Shown piece after piece: positions 19,301 through 33,129 of a stretch of 64,000 nt of DNA. The notes below the pieces were generated by a model. It worked only from the letters and a program-made list of their open reading frames with translations, ran no database searches and was not told where the DNA came from. The DNA is from Anaeramoeba ignava BMAN. Its lineage: Eukaryota; Protista; Anaeramoebae. The translations under genes and the position numbers were made by a program. The stretch covers positions 1 through 64,000 of the forward strand of contig JAPDFW010000112.1 of assembly GCA_028826165.1 (NCBI GenBank), given 5' to 3'. Every line of letters begins with the position of its first letter. Position 1 is the stretch's first letter.

Positions 19301-22210
19301 CAAAATCAAAATCAAAATCAAAATCAAAATCAAAATCAAAATATAAATCAAAATATAAATATAAATCTAAATCTAAATCTAAATATAAAATCAAAATCAA
19401 AATCAAAATCTAAATCTAAATCAAAATCAAAATCTAAATCTAAATCTAAATCTAAATTTAAATTAAAATCAAAATCAAAATCTAAATCAAAATATAAATC
19501 AAAATCAAAATCAAAATTAAAATCTAAATCAAAATCAAAATATAAATCTAAATATAAATATAAATCAAAATCAAAATCAAAATCAAAATCAAAATCAAAA
19601 TCTAAATCTAAATCTAAATCAAAATCAAAATCAAAATCAAAATCAAAATCAAAATCAAAATCAAAATATAAATCAAAATATAAATATAAATTAAAATATA
19701 AATATAAATTAAAAATAAAAATTGAAAAAAAAATAGATTCCAGATTCAAACCCAAATACAATTATAACTTCAGCAATTTCTTTCCCAGTTTCAGAATTTG
19801 CTCATATCCAAAAATCAAAAAAAGCACAAATCCCTTTAAAATTTAATCAATCTTTCAATACAAATCAAGCTTTTTTGGAAATTATTTTCTTTCCAATTTT
19901 AAATAATTCTCATAAACACTCTTTTTCTGCAAATTTAAAATCAAAATCAAATTTAAAATCAAATTCAAATTTAAATTCAGATTCAGATTCAGATTCAGAT
20001 TCAGATTCAGAATTAAATCATAAAAAAACCAATTCAACTGATAATAAAAATTTTAAATTTAAAGAAGAAGAATGGGAAAATAATATGATAAAATCAACAG
20101 AACAATTAATGAAGAATTTATTTGAAAAAAAAGCAAAACAACAAAATGAAAAAGAAAATGAAAATGAAAATGAAAATGAAAATGAAAATGAAAATGAAAA
20201 TAAAAATGAAAAGGAAAATGAAAAGGAAAAACAAAATTTAAAACAAAATCCAAATAAGAATATTGCTTCTAAATTAGAAAAAAAATTAACTCTTTTACAA
20301 TATCAATCTAGTCTAAATTCAATTATTGATTTGGAAAGAAAATTAATTACATCTGGACTTTATTTTACGGATGCAAAATATGAAAATGGATTCCCCATTT
20401 CATCCTGTTTAATTTTAAAAGCACTTGTTTATTGGGATGGATTAGGAAGCGAAAAGAAAAAAATAGTCGATGTTGTGGTCAATTCATTCCGAAATTTGAT
20501 TGAAGGATGCCAACAGGATATTTCCCAAATGAGCTGGGTTTTATCAAATTTATGCTTTATGATTAATTTAATACGTTCCTATCATTTCCAAAGTATAATT
20601 GAAAGGAAAAAGCAGAATTATCTGCATAACCAGAAAATTTCTAGAAAACCGGATTTTTTTTCAAATGTTTCAAACTTTCAAGAACAATTACTTGGATTAG
20701 CAAATGTAATTGTTTCTAATATGTGTCGTCTTATTAAAACTCAGGCATCTCAATCGTCAAAATACATGCTTGACGAAAATCAACAGGAAACAACAAAGGA
20801 ATTCAGCTCTTCTCATCCTATTGGCTTTATGCGTGGATTGTTGAATATTTTGTATGACAATTTTATACCAGAAATTCTTATCACAGCAATTTTTTCTCAT
20901 GCTATTGATTCCCTTTCGCAAAGTTTGATAAATCTCTTGCTCAATACAAAGGGATTATGCAGTTTTTCAATAGGAATCCATTTGAAAATTGTTATTTCTC
21001 AAATACTTGATTGGCTACAAAAATTGAAGATTCCTTACTCAAAGTGAATTTCCATTCAAAATCAAAATTCATTTATAAAATTTAAATTAAAATTAAAATT
21101 AATTTATAAAATCAAAATTATTCATTTGAAAATTCTTTTAGAACTGAATTTAATCATATGAAGCAACTTGTTGATGTTCTTTTAATGATTAAAAATGTAG
21201 CAGATGATTCTGAAAATGATTTTTCTGTATGTTCTGAAATTGGATCTAGTTTATCATTAGAAGAAATTTATCAAATTTTAATCAATTTTACTGTTGATCT
21301 GTAAATATAAATCAAACCAAAAAAAAATTTCTTTTTAAATATTTAAATTTTATTCCAATTTTTAAATAGTCATGATCCTGTTCCAATTCCTGAAGAAAAA
21401 ATACATCAATTTAAAATTTTCATGGAAAAAAATTCTCAACAAAATATTAAAGAAAAATCAATTCCTTCGGAAATACAAATTAATTACCATCATTTTAATT
21501 ATCCAGTAAATGGATGGGATGAAATTGAAGTTCCTCTTTCTGTTAAAACAATTCCTGAATTATCCTTTTTAAATCAAAATATACAAGTTTTAATTCAAAA
21601 ACAAAAAGAGGAAGAAAAGAAAATTCAACTTGGAAAAATACCTCATTTGAATGAAAATGAAAATCAAAATCAATTAAAAAATCAAAATCAAAATCAAATA
21701 AAAAATCAAAATCAAAATCAATTAAAAAATCAAAATCAAAATCAATTAGAAGATTCAGAAAAAGAAGAATATAGTGATGAATTTGGTAACGAATCTTCTG
21801 ATTCTGAAAAAGAAAAGAAACTTAAAAATCAAACAAAGAAATCAAATCAAAATTCCGCAAATTCTCATCAAAAAATTTCAAACACAATTGAAAATGATTC
21901 TCTTCAAATTAACAAAAATAAATCACAAAAAAATTATAATATAAATGATGAAAAATTTGCTAAAACTACTCAATCTTTTAATCAGAATAATTTTAATCAA
22001 TCACAATCAAATGAAGAGAAAATTGAAAAAGGAAATAAAGAAAGAAAAATAAATAAAAATAGAACAAAAAAAAAAGAACAAAAAAAAAAACAAAAAGAAG
22101 AAAAATTGAAAAGAGAAAAACAAAAAAAACCAACAAAAAGAAGAGCTTTTTTTAGTTGTATGATGAAAACTCAACCAGATGAAAAATCAAAAATGAAAAA
22201 TCAAAAATGA
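16378..22210 (+). CDS. NT-C2 (EEIG1/EHBP1-type) + Dilute (DIL) domain protein; exons 16378-16632, 19737-21043, 21142-21300, 21370-22210
   Basis: VKWSYG...GSVKW...ISFPVSEFA (NT-C2); WVLSN, LINLLLNTKGLCSFSIGIHLK, HMKQLVDVLL...LSLEEIYQILINFTVD (DIL). GT-AG junctions are in frame. Confidence 0.75.
16633..19736 (+). repeat. 3.1-kb intron of mixed hexamers (AAAATC/AAATCT/AAATAT)n
   Basis: Direct inspection; only a handful of G on the sense strand. Confidence 0.9.
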
Positions 22211-22325
22211 AAAATAAAAATAAATTGAATTGAATCGAATTAAATTCAAAATTTTTCCTTTTAAAAAAAAAAATGGACCGAAAAGTAAAAAAATTTTTTT
22301 TAAAAAGAAAAAAAAAAAAAAGAAT

Positions 22326-25300
22326 CTAAAAATCATCTTGAGAAAGATAAAAAGCATTAACAGCAAAATAAACAGCATTAGAAATAATAATATTTCCATC
22401 AGTATTTCTTCTCCAACAAGTTGTTCCAATAGCATCTGAAACAGGGAATAAATTAAGAGCCACAATCATTCCGAAATGAGGAAATTTTCTTTTATAAGCA
22501 ATCATAGGAAGATTATCATTCCAAAAAGCGACGCATTTAGAATTTTGAGTAACGGAAACTTTTACACGATAAGAACCAGATCCGCCATCAAAAGTTTTTA
22601 CGTTTTGAAGAAGAGGATGATCCAAATTTTTTTGAGCCAATTTTCCAGGAGAAAAAGTGATGTTTGTTCCTGTTGTTAATGGTAAAGTATCATTTGTTAG
22701 TATTTTTCCTTTTATATAATAAGAATCATCTGTTCTAAGTGAATTTCTACAACAAATAACTAAATTCCCGCCTTTTTCAACATATTCTGATAATAAATTT
22801 CCTAATAATTCTGGATTTTGATATTGACTGAATCGTGAATATGTGAATATTACTTGATATTCCATCATCTCTTCTAGTGTTGGTAATTCTGTTCTTGCAT
22901 CAATTAGTTTTGCTTCTGTTATTCCTTGACTTTTTACGCTTTCAAACACATCATTTCGAAATGATTGTCTGTCATCTGCTGCTAATACAAGGACTTTAAT
23001 CTTAAAATTATAATTAATATTATATTTGATATTTAAATTATATTTGATATTTAAATTATAATTGATATTTAAATTATATTTAATATTTAAATTATATTTG
23101 ATATTAAAATTATATTTGATATTTAAATTATATTTGATATTAAAATTATATTTGATATTTAAATTATATTTGATATTAAAATTATATTTGATATTTAAAT
23201 TATATTTGATATTAAAATTATATTTGATATTTAAATTATATTTGATATTAATATTATATTTGATATTAATATTATATTTGATATTAATATTATATTTGAT
23301 ATTAATATTATATTTGATATTAAAATTATATTTGATATTTATTATATTTGAAAATTTAAATTATATTTGATATTTAAATTTGATATTTATTTATATTTGA
23401 TATTAATATTATATTTGATATTTAAATTATATTTGATATTAAAATTATATTTGATATTAAAATTATATTTGATATTAAAATTATATTTGATATTAAAATT
23501 ATATTTGATATTAAAATTATATTTGATATTAAAAATTATATTTATATTTGATATTTAAATTATATTTGATATTAAAATTATATTTGATATTAAAATTATT
23601 TTAAATTATATTTGATATTTAAATTATATTTGATATTAATATTTAAATTATATTTGATATTTAAATTATATTTGATATTATATTTAAAATTTAAATTATA
23701 TTTGATATTTAAATTATATTTGATATTTAAATTATATTTGATATTTAAATTATATTTGATATTAAAATTATATTTTGATTTTAAAAATTTGATATTTGAT
23801 ATTTAAAATTATATTTGATATTTAAATTATATTTGATATTTAAATTATATTTGATATTAAAATTATATTTGATATTTAAATTATATTTGATATTTAAATT
23901 ATATTTGATATTTTAAAATTATATTTGATATTTTAAATTATATTTTGATATTTAAATTATATTTGATATTTAAATTATATTTGATAATTAATATTATATT
24001 TATATTTGATATTTGATATTTAAATTATATTTGATATTTAAATTATATTTGATATTTAAATTATATTTGATATTTAAATTATATTTGATATTTAAAATTA
24101 TATTTGATATTAAAATTATATTTGATATTTTAAAATTATATTTGATATTTAAATTATATTTGATATTTAAATTATATTTGATATTTAAAATTATATTTGA
24201 TATTAATATTATATTTGATAATTATATTATATTTGATATTTAAATTATATTTGATATTAAATTATATTTGATATTTAAAATTATATTTGATATTATTATA
24301 TATTTGATATTTAAATTATATTTGATATTAAAATTATATTTGATATTTAAATTATATTTGATATTAATAATTAATTTAATATTCATTTTAAAAATTTAAA
24401 TTATATTTGATATTTAAATTATATTTGATATTAAAATTATATTTGATATTTTAAATTATATTTGATATTAATATTATATTTGATATTAAAATTATATTTG
24501 ATATTAATATTATATTTGATATTTAATATATTTGATATTAAAATTATATTTGATATTTTATATAAAATTATAAATTATATTTGATATTTAAATTAAATTT
24601 GATATTTAAATTATATTTGATATTTTATTATATTTGATATTTAAATTATATTTGATATTTAAATTATATTTAAAATTTAAATTATATTTGATATTTAAAT
24701 TATATTTGATATTAAAATTATATTTGAAATTAAAATTATATTTGATATTTAAATTAAATTTGATATTTAAATTATATTTGATATTTAAATTATATTTGAT
24801 ATTTAAATTATATTTGATAAAATTATATTTAAAATTTAAATTATATTTGATATTTAAATTATATTTGAAATTAAAAATTATATTTGATATTTGATATTTA
24901 AATTATATTTGATATTAAAAATTATATTTGATATTAAAAATTATATTTGATATTTAAATTATATTTGATATTTAAATTATATTTGATATTAAAATTATAT
25001 TTGATATTTAAATTATATTTGATATTAATATTATATTTGATATTAAAATTATATTTGATATTTAAAATTATATTCAAAATTTAAAATTATATTTGATATT
25101 AAAATTATATTTGATATTTAAATTATAATTAAAATTATATTTGATATTAAAATTATATTTGATATTTAAATTATATTTGATATTTAAAATTATAATTTGA
25201 TATTGTATTATATTTGATATTTAAAATTATATTTGATATTTAAATTATATTTGATATTAATATTATATTTGATATTAATATTATATTTGATATTAAAATT

Positions 25301-26746
25301 ATATTTGATATTTAAATTATATTTGATATTAAAATTATATTTGATATTAAAATTATATTTGATATTTAAATTATATTTGATATTTAAATTATATTTGATA
25401 TTAAAATTATATTTGATATTAAAATTATATTTGATATTTAAACTATATTTGATATTTAAACTATATTTGATATTTAAATTATATTTGATATTTAAATTAT
25501 ATTTGATATTAATATTATATTTGATATTAATATTATATTTGATATTTAAACTATATTTGATATTTAAATTATATTTGATATTTAAATTATATTTGATATT
25601 TAAATTATATTTGATATTAATATTATATTTGATATTTAAATTATATTTGATATTTAAATTATATTTGATATTTAAATTATATTTGATATTTAAATTATAT
25701 TTGATATTAAAATTCATTTAAAATTATAATTAATATTATATTTGATATTTAAATTATATTTGATATTAAAATTATATTTGATATTATTATATTTGAAAAT
25801 TAATATTATATTTGATATTTAATATTATATTTGATATTAAAATTATATTTGATATTAAAATTATATTTGATATTAAATTATATTTGATATTTAAATTATA
25901 TTTAAAATTTAAATTATATTTGATATTAATACTTACTTCTTCCATTGGTATAATCTTTGACGTTCTTCGACTTTTATTTTCCCATAACTTCTTCTTACTA
26001 TCATTCAAAAAATCCTCTTCTAATTTTTTAATTAAAAACTCACTAACAATATTAGAACGTTGAACTTCCTTTAATTCATTAACATTCATAATATTAAATT
26101 GGAAAGATTCAATAAATTGATTTAATTTCAAATCAGATTTTTCAGAAAAATTAATCCACCAAAAAAGAAAAACTCGAAAAAGTTGAATTTCAGGAACAAG
26201 AAGATTTTCCAAATGAAGAACAGTTTGAACAACAAGAGGCGACAAACCAAGCAAAGCATCATTTTTTAAGAAAATGTCTTTTTCAAACTCAATAAATTTG
26301 AAGATTTTTTTTTTTAAAGAATCAATATTATAAGTTAAAGAAATTGATAATAAAGAAAAACAGTTTTCTTGATTTAAACTATTGGAGAATATTTGAGAGC
26401 ATTCCTCCTTAAGATCTGAGATGAGAAGGAAGTCAGCAGCTTCAAGAACAGCAATTGCTTGTTCAAATGAGTCCATATTAATTTTGTGTGTATAAACATA
26501 AGTTAAAATTATTTGAAAAATTTCCGGCGAAATATTTGGAACATAAATTTCTGCTATTTTTTTTCCTGATACTTCTTTCCATGATGCTCCATAAAACATC
26601 CTTTTCCAATACATTGAATTCATTGATAATATTAATTTATGTCCATGAAATTCTTCTTCTTCAATTCCTACTCGAAATATTACATCAGAAAATTTTCCTG
26701 TTTTTAAAATTGTTTCAAGTGATTCTAGAAGTGTTTTATAATTCAT
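22326..26746 (-). CDS. BTB-BACK protein with C-terminal alpha/beta (class I glutamine amidotransferase-like?) domain; exons 26746-25937, 23000-22326
   Basis: FSDVIFRVG...HKLIL...SMYWKRMF...ILTYVYT (BTB), then BACK. Exon 2: IKVLVLAAD...PTLEEMMEYQVIF...LGNLLSEYVEKGGNLV...HPLLQNVKTFDGG...LNLFPVS. Phase-0 GTAAGT..AAG intron. True ATG is at 26746; the ORF track starts at TTG. Confidence 0.85.
23001..25936 (-). repeat. 2.9-kb intron of an 18-bp minisatellite (TTATATTTGATATTTAAA on + strand)
   Basis: About 160 units by length; explains the IFKLYL/IKYNLN spurious ORFs. Confidence 0.92.
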
Positions 26747-26750
26747 TTCC

Positions 26751-26830
26751 AAAAATGAAAAAATGAAAAAATGAAAAATGAAAAATGAAAAATGAAAAAA
26801 TGAAAAATGAAAAATGAAAAAATGAAAAAT
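26751..26830 (-). promoter_or_regulatory. Tandem TCATTTT(T) initiator-like elements directly upstream of the BTB gene
   Basis: (AAAAATG)n on the + strand. The same motif precedes most ATGs in the window and matches the parabasalid Inr TCA(Y)(T/A). Confidence 0.55.
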
Positions 26831-26981
26831 TTAATTTACTTTATTTTTATTTAATTTTTAAAACAATTTCAAAAAAAAAATTTACTTTTTGATTCATACA
26901 CAATTAAAAGAAAAATATTTTCTATTGAATTCAAAAAAAAACCAAAAAAAAAAAAAAGTGGAATTCCAAAAATTGGAAAAT

Positions 26982-29900
26982 TTAAAAATCATCAGATGAT
27001 TCAAACCATTCTTTTTGTGAATAATTTTCTCTTTTTTCAAATTCTGGTAAAGTTCCTTGTTCAATTTTAATTTCTCCTAATTCTATTATTTTTTTTTTTT
27101 TGAATTGAATTAATTGAAATTAGAACAAAAAAATTGTTTTTTTTTTGATTAAGTAAAAAAAAAAATAAATACCAATTTCCTCTTTTGGTTTCATAAATCG
27201 AATTTTAGGTCCTAACATCATAAAACCTGATAATATTAAAAGTGCTCCTGAAATCCAAAAACCTAATTTATAATTTGCATCAAAAATACTTCCTGCAACA
27301 ACAGGACCAATAGTTCTACTTAAAGCTGATGAACTTTGAGCAATTCCCATAATTATTCCTATTTTTCATTTTGATTTTAATTTTAATTTTAATTTTAATT
27401 TTGATTTTGATTTAGATTTATATTTTGATTTAGATTTAGATTTAGATTTAGATTTAGATTTAGATTTTAATTTATATTTAGATTTAGATTTATATTTAGA
27501 TTTAGATTTAGATTTATATTTTGATTTAGATTTAGATTTATATTTATATTTATATTTTAATTTATATTTAGATTTAGATTTAGATTTATATTTAGATTTA
27601 GATTTATATTTATATTTATATTTATATTTATATTTAGATTTTGATTTATATTTTGATTTATATTTATATTTAGATTTAGTTTAGATTTAGATTTAGATTT
27701 ATATTTTAATTTATATTTAGATTTTTGATTTAGATTTAGATTTAGATTTATATTTTGAGTTTTAAATTTATATTTTATATTTAGATTTTAATTTATATTT
27801 ATATTTATATTTATATTTAGATTTAGATTTAGATTTATATTTATATTTAGATTTATATTTAGATTTATATTTATATTTAGATTTAGATTTAGATTTATAT
27901 TTTTAATTTATATTTAGATTTTGATTTAGATTTATATTTATATTTATATTTTGATTTAGATTTATATTTGGATTTTAATTTATATTTATATTTATATTTA
28001 TATTTTTGATTTTGATTTAGATTTAGATTTAGATTTAGATTTAGATTTATATTTTAATTTATATTTATATTTATATTTAGATTTATATTTAGATTTAGAT
28101 TTAGATTTAGATTTAGATTTAGATTTAGATTTAGATTTAGATTTAGATTTAGATTTAGATTTTGAGTTTAGATTTGAGATTTAGATTTTGATTTAGATTT
28201 ATATTTATAATTATATTTATATTTATATTTATATTTAGATTTATATGTTATATTTAGATTTATATTTAGATTTAGATTTAGATTTAGATTTGGTAGATTT
28301 AGATTTAGATTTAGATTTAGAATTTAGTTTAGATTTAGATTTAGATTTAGATTTAGATTTATATTTTATTTAGATTTATATTTATATTTATATTTAGATT
28401 TAGATTTAGATTTAGATTTAGATTTAGATTTAGATTTAGATTTAGATTTGGTTAGATTTATATTTAGATTTATATTTATATTTAGATTTTTGATTTAGAT
28501 TTTATATTTATATTTAGATTTAGTTTAGATTTAGTTTAGTTTATATTTAGATTTAGATTTATATTTAGATTTATATTTATATTTATATTTAGATTTATAT
28601 TTTGATTTATATTTAGATTTATATTTTGATTTATATTTAGATTTAGATTTAGATTTAGATTTAGATTTTGATTTATATTTATATTTAGATTTAGATTTAG
28701 ATTTAGATTTATATTTAGATTTAGATTTAGATTTATATTTATATTTAGATTTAGATTTAGATTTAGATTTAGATTTAGATTTAGATTTAGATTTAGATTT
28801 AGATTTAGATTTAGATTTAGATTTAGATTTAGATTTAGATTTAGATTTAGATTTGATTTTAGATTTAGATTTAGATTTAGATTTAGATTTTGATTTTGAT
28901 TTAGATTTTGATTTAAATTTAGATTTAGATTTATATTTATATTTAGATTTATATTTATAATTATATTTATATTTATATTTATATTTAGATTTTATATTTA
29001 GATTTAGATTTAGATTTAGATTTAAAATTTAGATTTTTGATTTAGATTTATATTTATATTTAGATTTTGATTTATATTTATATTTAGATTTAGATTTATA
29101 TTTATATTTATATTTATATTTATATTTATATTTAGATTTATATTTATATTTAGATTTAGATTTATATTTATATTTAGATTTATATTTAGATTTAGATTTA
29201 GATTTATATTTAGATTTATATTTAGATTTAGATTTAGATTTATATTTTAATTTATATTTAGATTTTGATTTTAGATTTAGATTTAGATTTAAATTTAGAT
29301 TTTGATTTATATTTAGATTTTGATTTAGATTTATATTTAGATTTTGATTTTGATTTAGATTTAGATTTTAATTGTATTTGGAAATTTACCTTTATCAGTT
29401 CTTTTCGTTGTAAAAGAAACTAAAGCCATAAGACAAGGAACTCGAAAAGCAGAAGAAACGGAAATAAGAAACATAACAAGAATATCAGTGCTCTTTGTTT
29501 TAGCTTCAGGAAGAACAGCAATCATAGCACCACCAAAAGGAACCATAACATAAACCATAGTTTGCAAATGAATTTTATTAGCCAAAAAACTCATAGCACC
29601 ACCTTGAACAATCAACAAGGTGAAGCCAGTCATCATATAAACATAACCAATATTTGATTGATCCAATCCAATTTGAAGCTTTTCACAAAGCAATGGATAA
29701 ATAATCATGATTCCTGTAAATCCAAGATTGGAAAAAAATAAAGACGCTTGAAAACGAACAAGAAACGGTCTCTTAAGAAGTAGCCAAAGAGCTTTAAAAA
29801 AGGTCAATGATTCAACAGGAACTTCTTCAGCAATCGCAACAATTTGAGTAAAATTCAACTTTTTTTCAACAACATAAGTTTCTTTCAAAAAAATCAAAGC

Positions 29901-30905
29901 AAACAAAAAACCGATAAACGTCAAACCGGCACTTGCATAAGAAACCCCCTTTAACCCCCATTGACTTAAAGATGATCCAATTGAAGGTCCGATTGCCAAA
30001 GCAAATCCAAACATCCCTCCTGAATATCCCATGTATTTTGCTCGATATTCGTTGGGAACAAGATCTGCAATCATTGCGCTTGTCAAGGAAATGAATCCCC
30101 CAAAAATTCCTGTTAATCCTCTGTATAAAGTCAACTCAATTATTGTGCGACTGAATGAAGTCACAAATAATCCAATCATTAATCCAAATAAACAAATCAC
30201 TAATAATTTTTTTCTTCCAAATTTTTTATCACTTAAAATCCCAAGAATAAAACTCGATATAAATTGTGTTCCTGAATAAGTCGCTTCAATCGCTCCAATT
30301 TTTAATGCATTTACATGATAATGTTCATAAGCATAAAACGGAATAATTGGAATTAAAATGGAAAAAGCAATGACAGCTAAAAATAAACAGAAATAAACAG
30401 TAAAAACTGCAACTTTATCAACTCCATCTCCCTTTTTAACTTTTTTATTAGGATCTTGATTTAAATTAGGGTCTTTTTTTGGATCTTGATTTAAATTTGG
30501 GTCTTTTTTTGGATCTTGATTTTCATTTGATTTTTCATTTGAATTTTCATTTGAATTTTCTTCTTGATTTTCTTCTTGATTTTCTTTTGGATTTTCTTCT
30601 CCTTTTTGAATCGAAATTTTCTTTTCATCAAATTCCTTTTCTTTTCCATTTTCCTCTTGATTTCCATTCGAATTAGAATTCAAATTCGATGTTTTGCCAT
30701 CTGATGTATTTATTGAATTTCTGCCTGTCATCGATTTTTGTGTTGAAAATGAAGTTGTCAAATTAATTACAGTTTCTGATTGACTTGTATAATTTGTAAA
30801 TTTCTCAAGATTAGTTCTTGTGTTGTTATTACTTTTGTAATTTTCTGGAATAACAACTGAATCAATTTCTATTTCATCTTCGGTGTCAATTTTTCGGTTA
30901 TTCAT
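26982..30905 (-). CDS. MFS transporter, DHA1/TetA-like, paralog 1; exons 30905-29390, 27358-27173, 27082-26982
   Basis: Motif A GILSDKKFGRK; RGLTG; motif C FALAIGPSIG; about 12 TM; C-terminus EWFESSDDF. Confidence 0.92.
27359..29389 (-). repeat. MFS1 intron 1 (2031 nt) of (TTTAGA/TTTATA/TTTTGA)n on + strand
   Basis: Hexamer tandem repeat. Confidence 0.92.
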
Positions 30906-31582
30906 TTTATTATTAAAAAAAAATAATTATAAATGAAATCAAATAAAAAAAAAGAAATGAAATCAAATAAAAAAAAAGAAATGAAATAAAAATGATGAAA
31001 TAAAAATTTTTTTTATTTATTGGTTTTTTTTTTGTCGTATTTTTTTAATTAATAAAAAGAGCCACGTTTTCTTTATTTTTAAAATAAAAATTTATCTTAA
31101 TTTGTTTTTTCTTTTTTTTCTTTTAAATTTCAATTTGATCAAATTTAAAACAAAAAAGAATTAAAAAAAAAAAAAAATTATTTATTAACAGGAAAAGAAA
31201 AAGAAAATTTTTTTTTTCTTTCATTTTCTTTTAAAAAAATTAAGATCAATTTAAAATCAATTTCTTACTTAAATTAAAAATTAAAATTTAAATTTTAAAT
31301 TAAAAAGTTTTGATGAATTATTATTTATTTTAAAAAGAAAATTAAATAGAAATGAGAAAAGAAAAATCTTTTTATTTTCCCATTTATTTTCAGCTGAGTT
31401 GTCATTTTTTTTTTCTCTTTTCAATTTAATCTTCTTATTCCAAATTTTGGAAAATGTAATTTAAAGAAAATCTCAACTAAAATGAATTGAATTTATCAAA
31501 TTCTAATTCAAAAGGAAAAAAGAATTTTTAATTTTTAATTTTGATTTTGATTTTAATTTTGATTTTGATTTTGATTTTGATT

Positions 31583-31903
31583 TTAATTATTAAATTTGTT
31601 AATTAATAAATCAAATAAATTTGGATTTGTTTGATTTAATTGAAAATAATCAATTCCAATTTTAATTTTATCAATTATTTCTTGTGTAATTTTAATTTCA
31701 TCTTTAATTTGATTTGAATAAATCCAATATTCAAATATTTGAAATGATTTATTACTTAATTCACTATAATCTCTAACTTTATTAGAAGTATCTTCTGTTA
31801 CAGATAAAAACATTCCTCGATATAATTCACTTCTCATTATTAATATTAATTTAGGAAATTTATATTGTTTTTCTTTTCTTTCAATTATAAAATCATTTTC
31901 ATT
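31583..31903 (-). pseudogene. 3'-terminal fragment of an RCC1-BTB gene
   Basis: ENDFIIERKEKQYKFPKLILIMRSELYRGMF...LLINKFNN*, nearly identical to the end of 36241-38071. Truncated upstream at the start of a tandem repeat. Confidence 0.85.
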
Positions 31904-32660
31904 AATTTATTTCAAAAATGGAATAAATAATATTAAATAATTAAATTTAAAATTAATTATATTTTATATATTTTATCAATATTTATTTATTTAAAATAAT
32001 ATAAAATTATTCCCAATAATTTAATAAAATTAATAAAATATTTTAATTAATTTATTTCAAAAATGGAATAAATAATATTAAATAATTAAATTTAAAATTA
32101 ATTATATTTTATATATTTTATTAATATTTCTTTATTTAAAATAATATAAAATTATTCTCAATAATTTAATAATTTAATAAAATATTTTAATTAATTTATT
32201 TCAAAAATGGAATAAAAGAATATTAAATAATTAAATTTAAAATTAATTTTATTTTATATATTTTATTAATATTTCTTTATTTAAATTAATATAAAATTAT
32301 TCTCAATAATTTAATAAAATTGAGAAGAAAATTGAAATATTTTAATAAATATAAATATTTAATTTTAATAATATTTAATAATAATTTAATTTAAATTTAT
32401 TTTATTTTAAATTGATATAATATTTTTATTTATTATATTAATATTTTATTTATTATTCCAATTTTAATTATAATAAAATATATTAAAAAGTGGAATAAAT
32501 ATTTTTTTAAATATATATATTTAATTTTAATAATATTTAATAATAACTTAATTTAAATTTATTTTATTTTAATTTGATATAATGTTTTTATTTATTATAT
32601 TAATATTTTTGATTATTTATTATTTCAATTTTAATTATAATAAAATATATTAAAAATAAA
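31902..32660. repeat. Three ~145-bp tandem repeats followed by two ~163-bp repeats
   Basis: TTCAAAAATGGAATA recurs at about 31911, 32056 and 32200; the second unit recurs at about 32357 and 32520. Confidence 0.85.
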
Positions 32661-33129
32661 ATTAAAAAATTAAAAAATTTTAAATAAATTGAATTTAACA
32701 TGATTGAATAAGGTAAACTTTCTAAAAAAATAATTTACTAATTATTCTATTTTTGATTTTGATTATAATTTATTAATATTTAAATATTAATTAATAATAA
32801 ATTTTATTTAATTTTTTTTATTTTAATATTTTAATTAATGAATTTAAATTTAATTATTATTAATTTCTATTTTCAATTTTTATTTTTATTTATTATATTA
32901 AAAATATTCAATTTTTTAAAATTTATTATTTTTTTTTTTTGGATTATTTTTTATTAATTAAATTTTTAATAAATATTTTAAATTAAAATTAAATTATTTA
33001 AAATTAAATTTGTTTCTTATTTATTATTTTAAAGAAATTAATTTGATTAAAAGTAAATTAAAATTGAATTAAATTTTGAAAAAAAAAATTAAAAAAAAAA
33101 AGTTTGATTTTCTTATTATTAATTAATTT

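Noticed and set aside
18564-25721. ORFs such as DFDFDL, IFKLYL and IKYNLN
   Set aside because: They are translations of intronic tandem repeats.
22326-27000. BTB protein (SQDDF) and MFS proteins (SSDDF) share a C-terminal DDF
   Set aside because: Too short to distinguish from chance without a proteome-wide count.
27400-29360. (TTTAGA)n as an interstitial telomere
   Set aside because: It is mixed with TTTATA and TTTTGA, has no G-runs, is bounded by GT-AG, and the same units fill another intron in opposite orientation.
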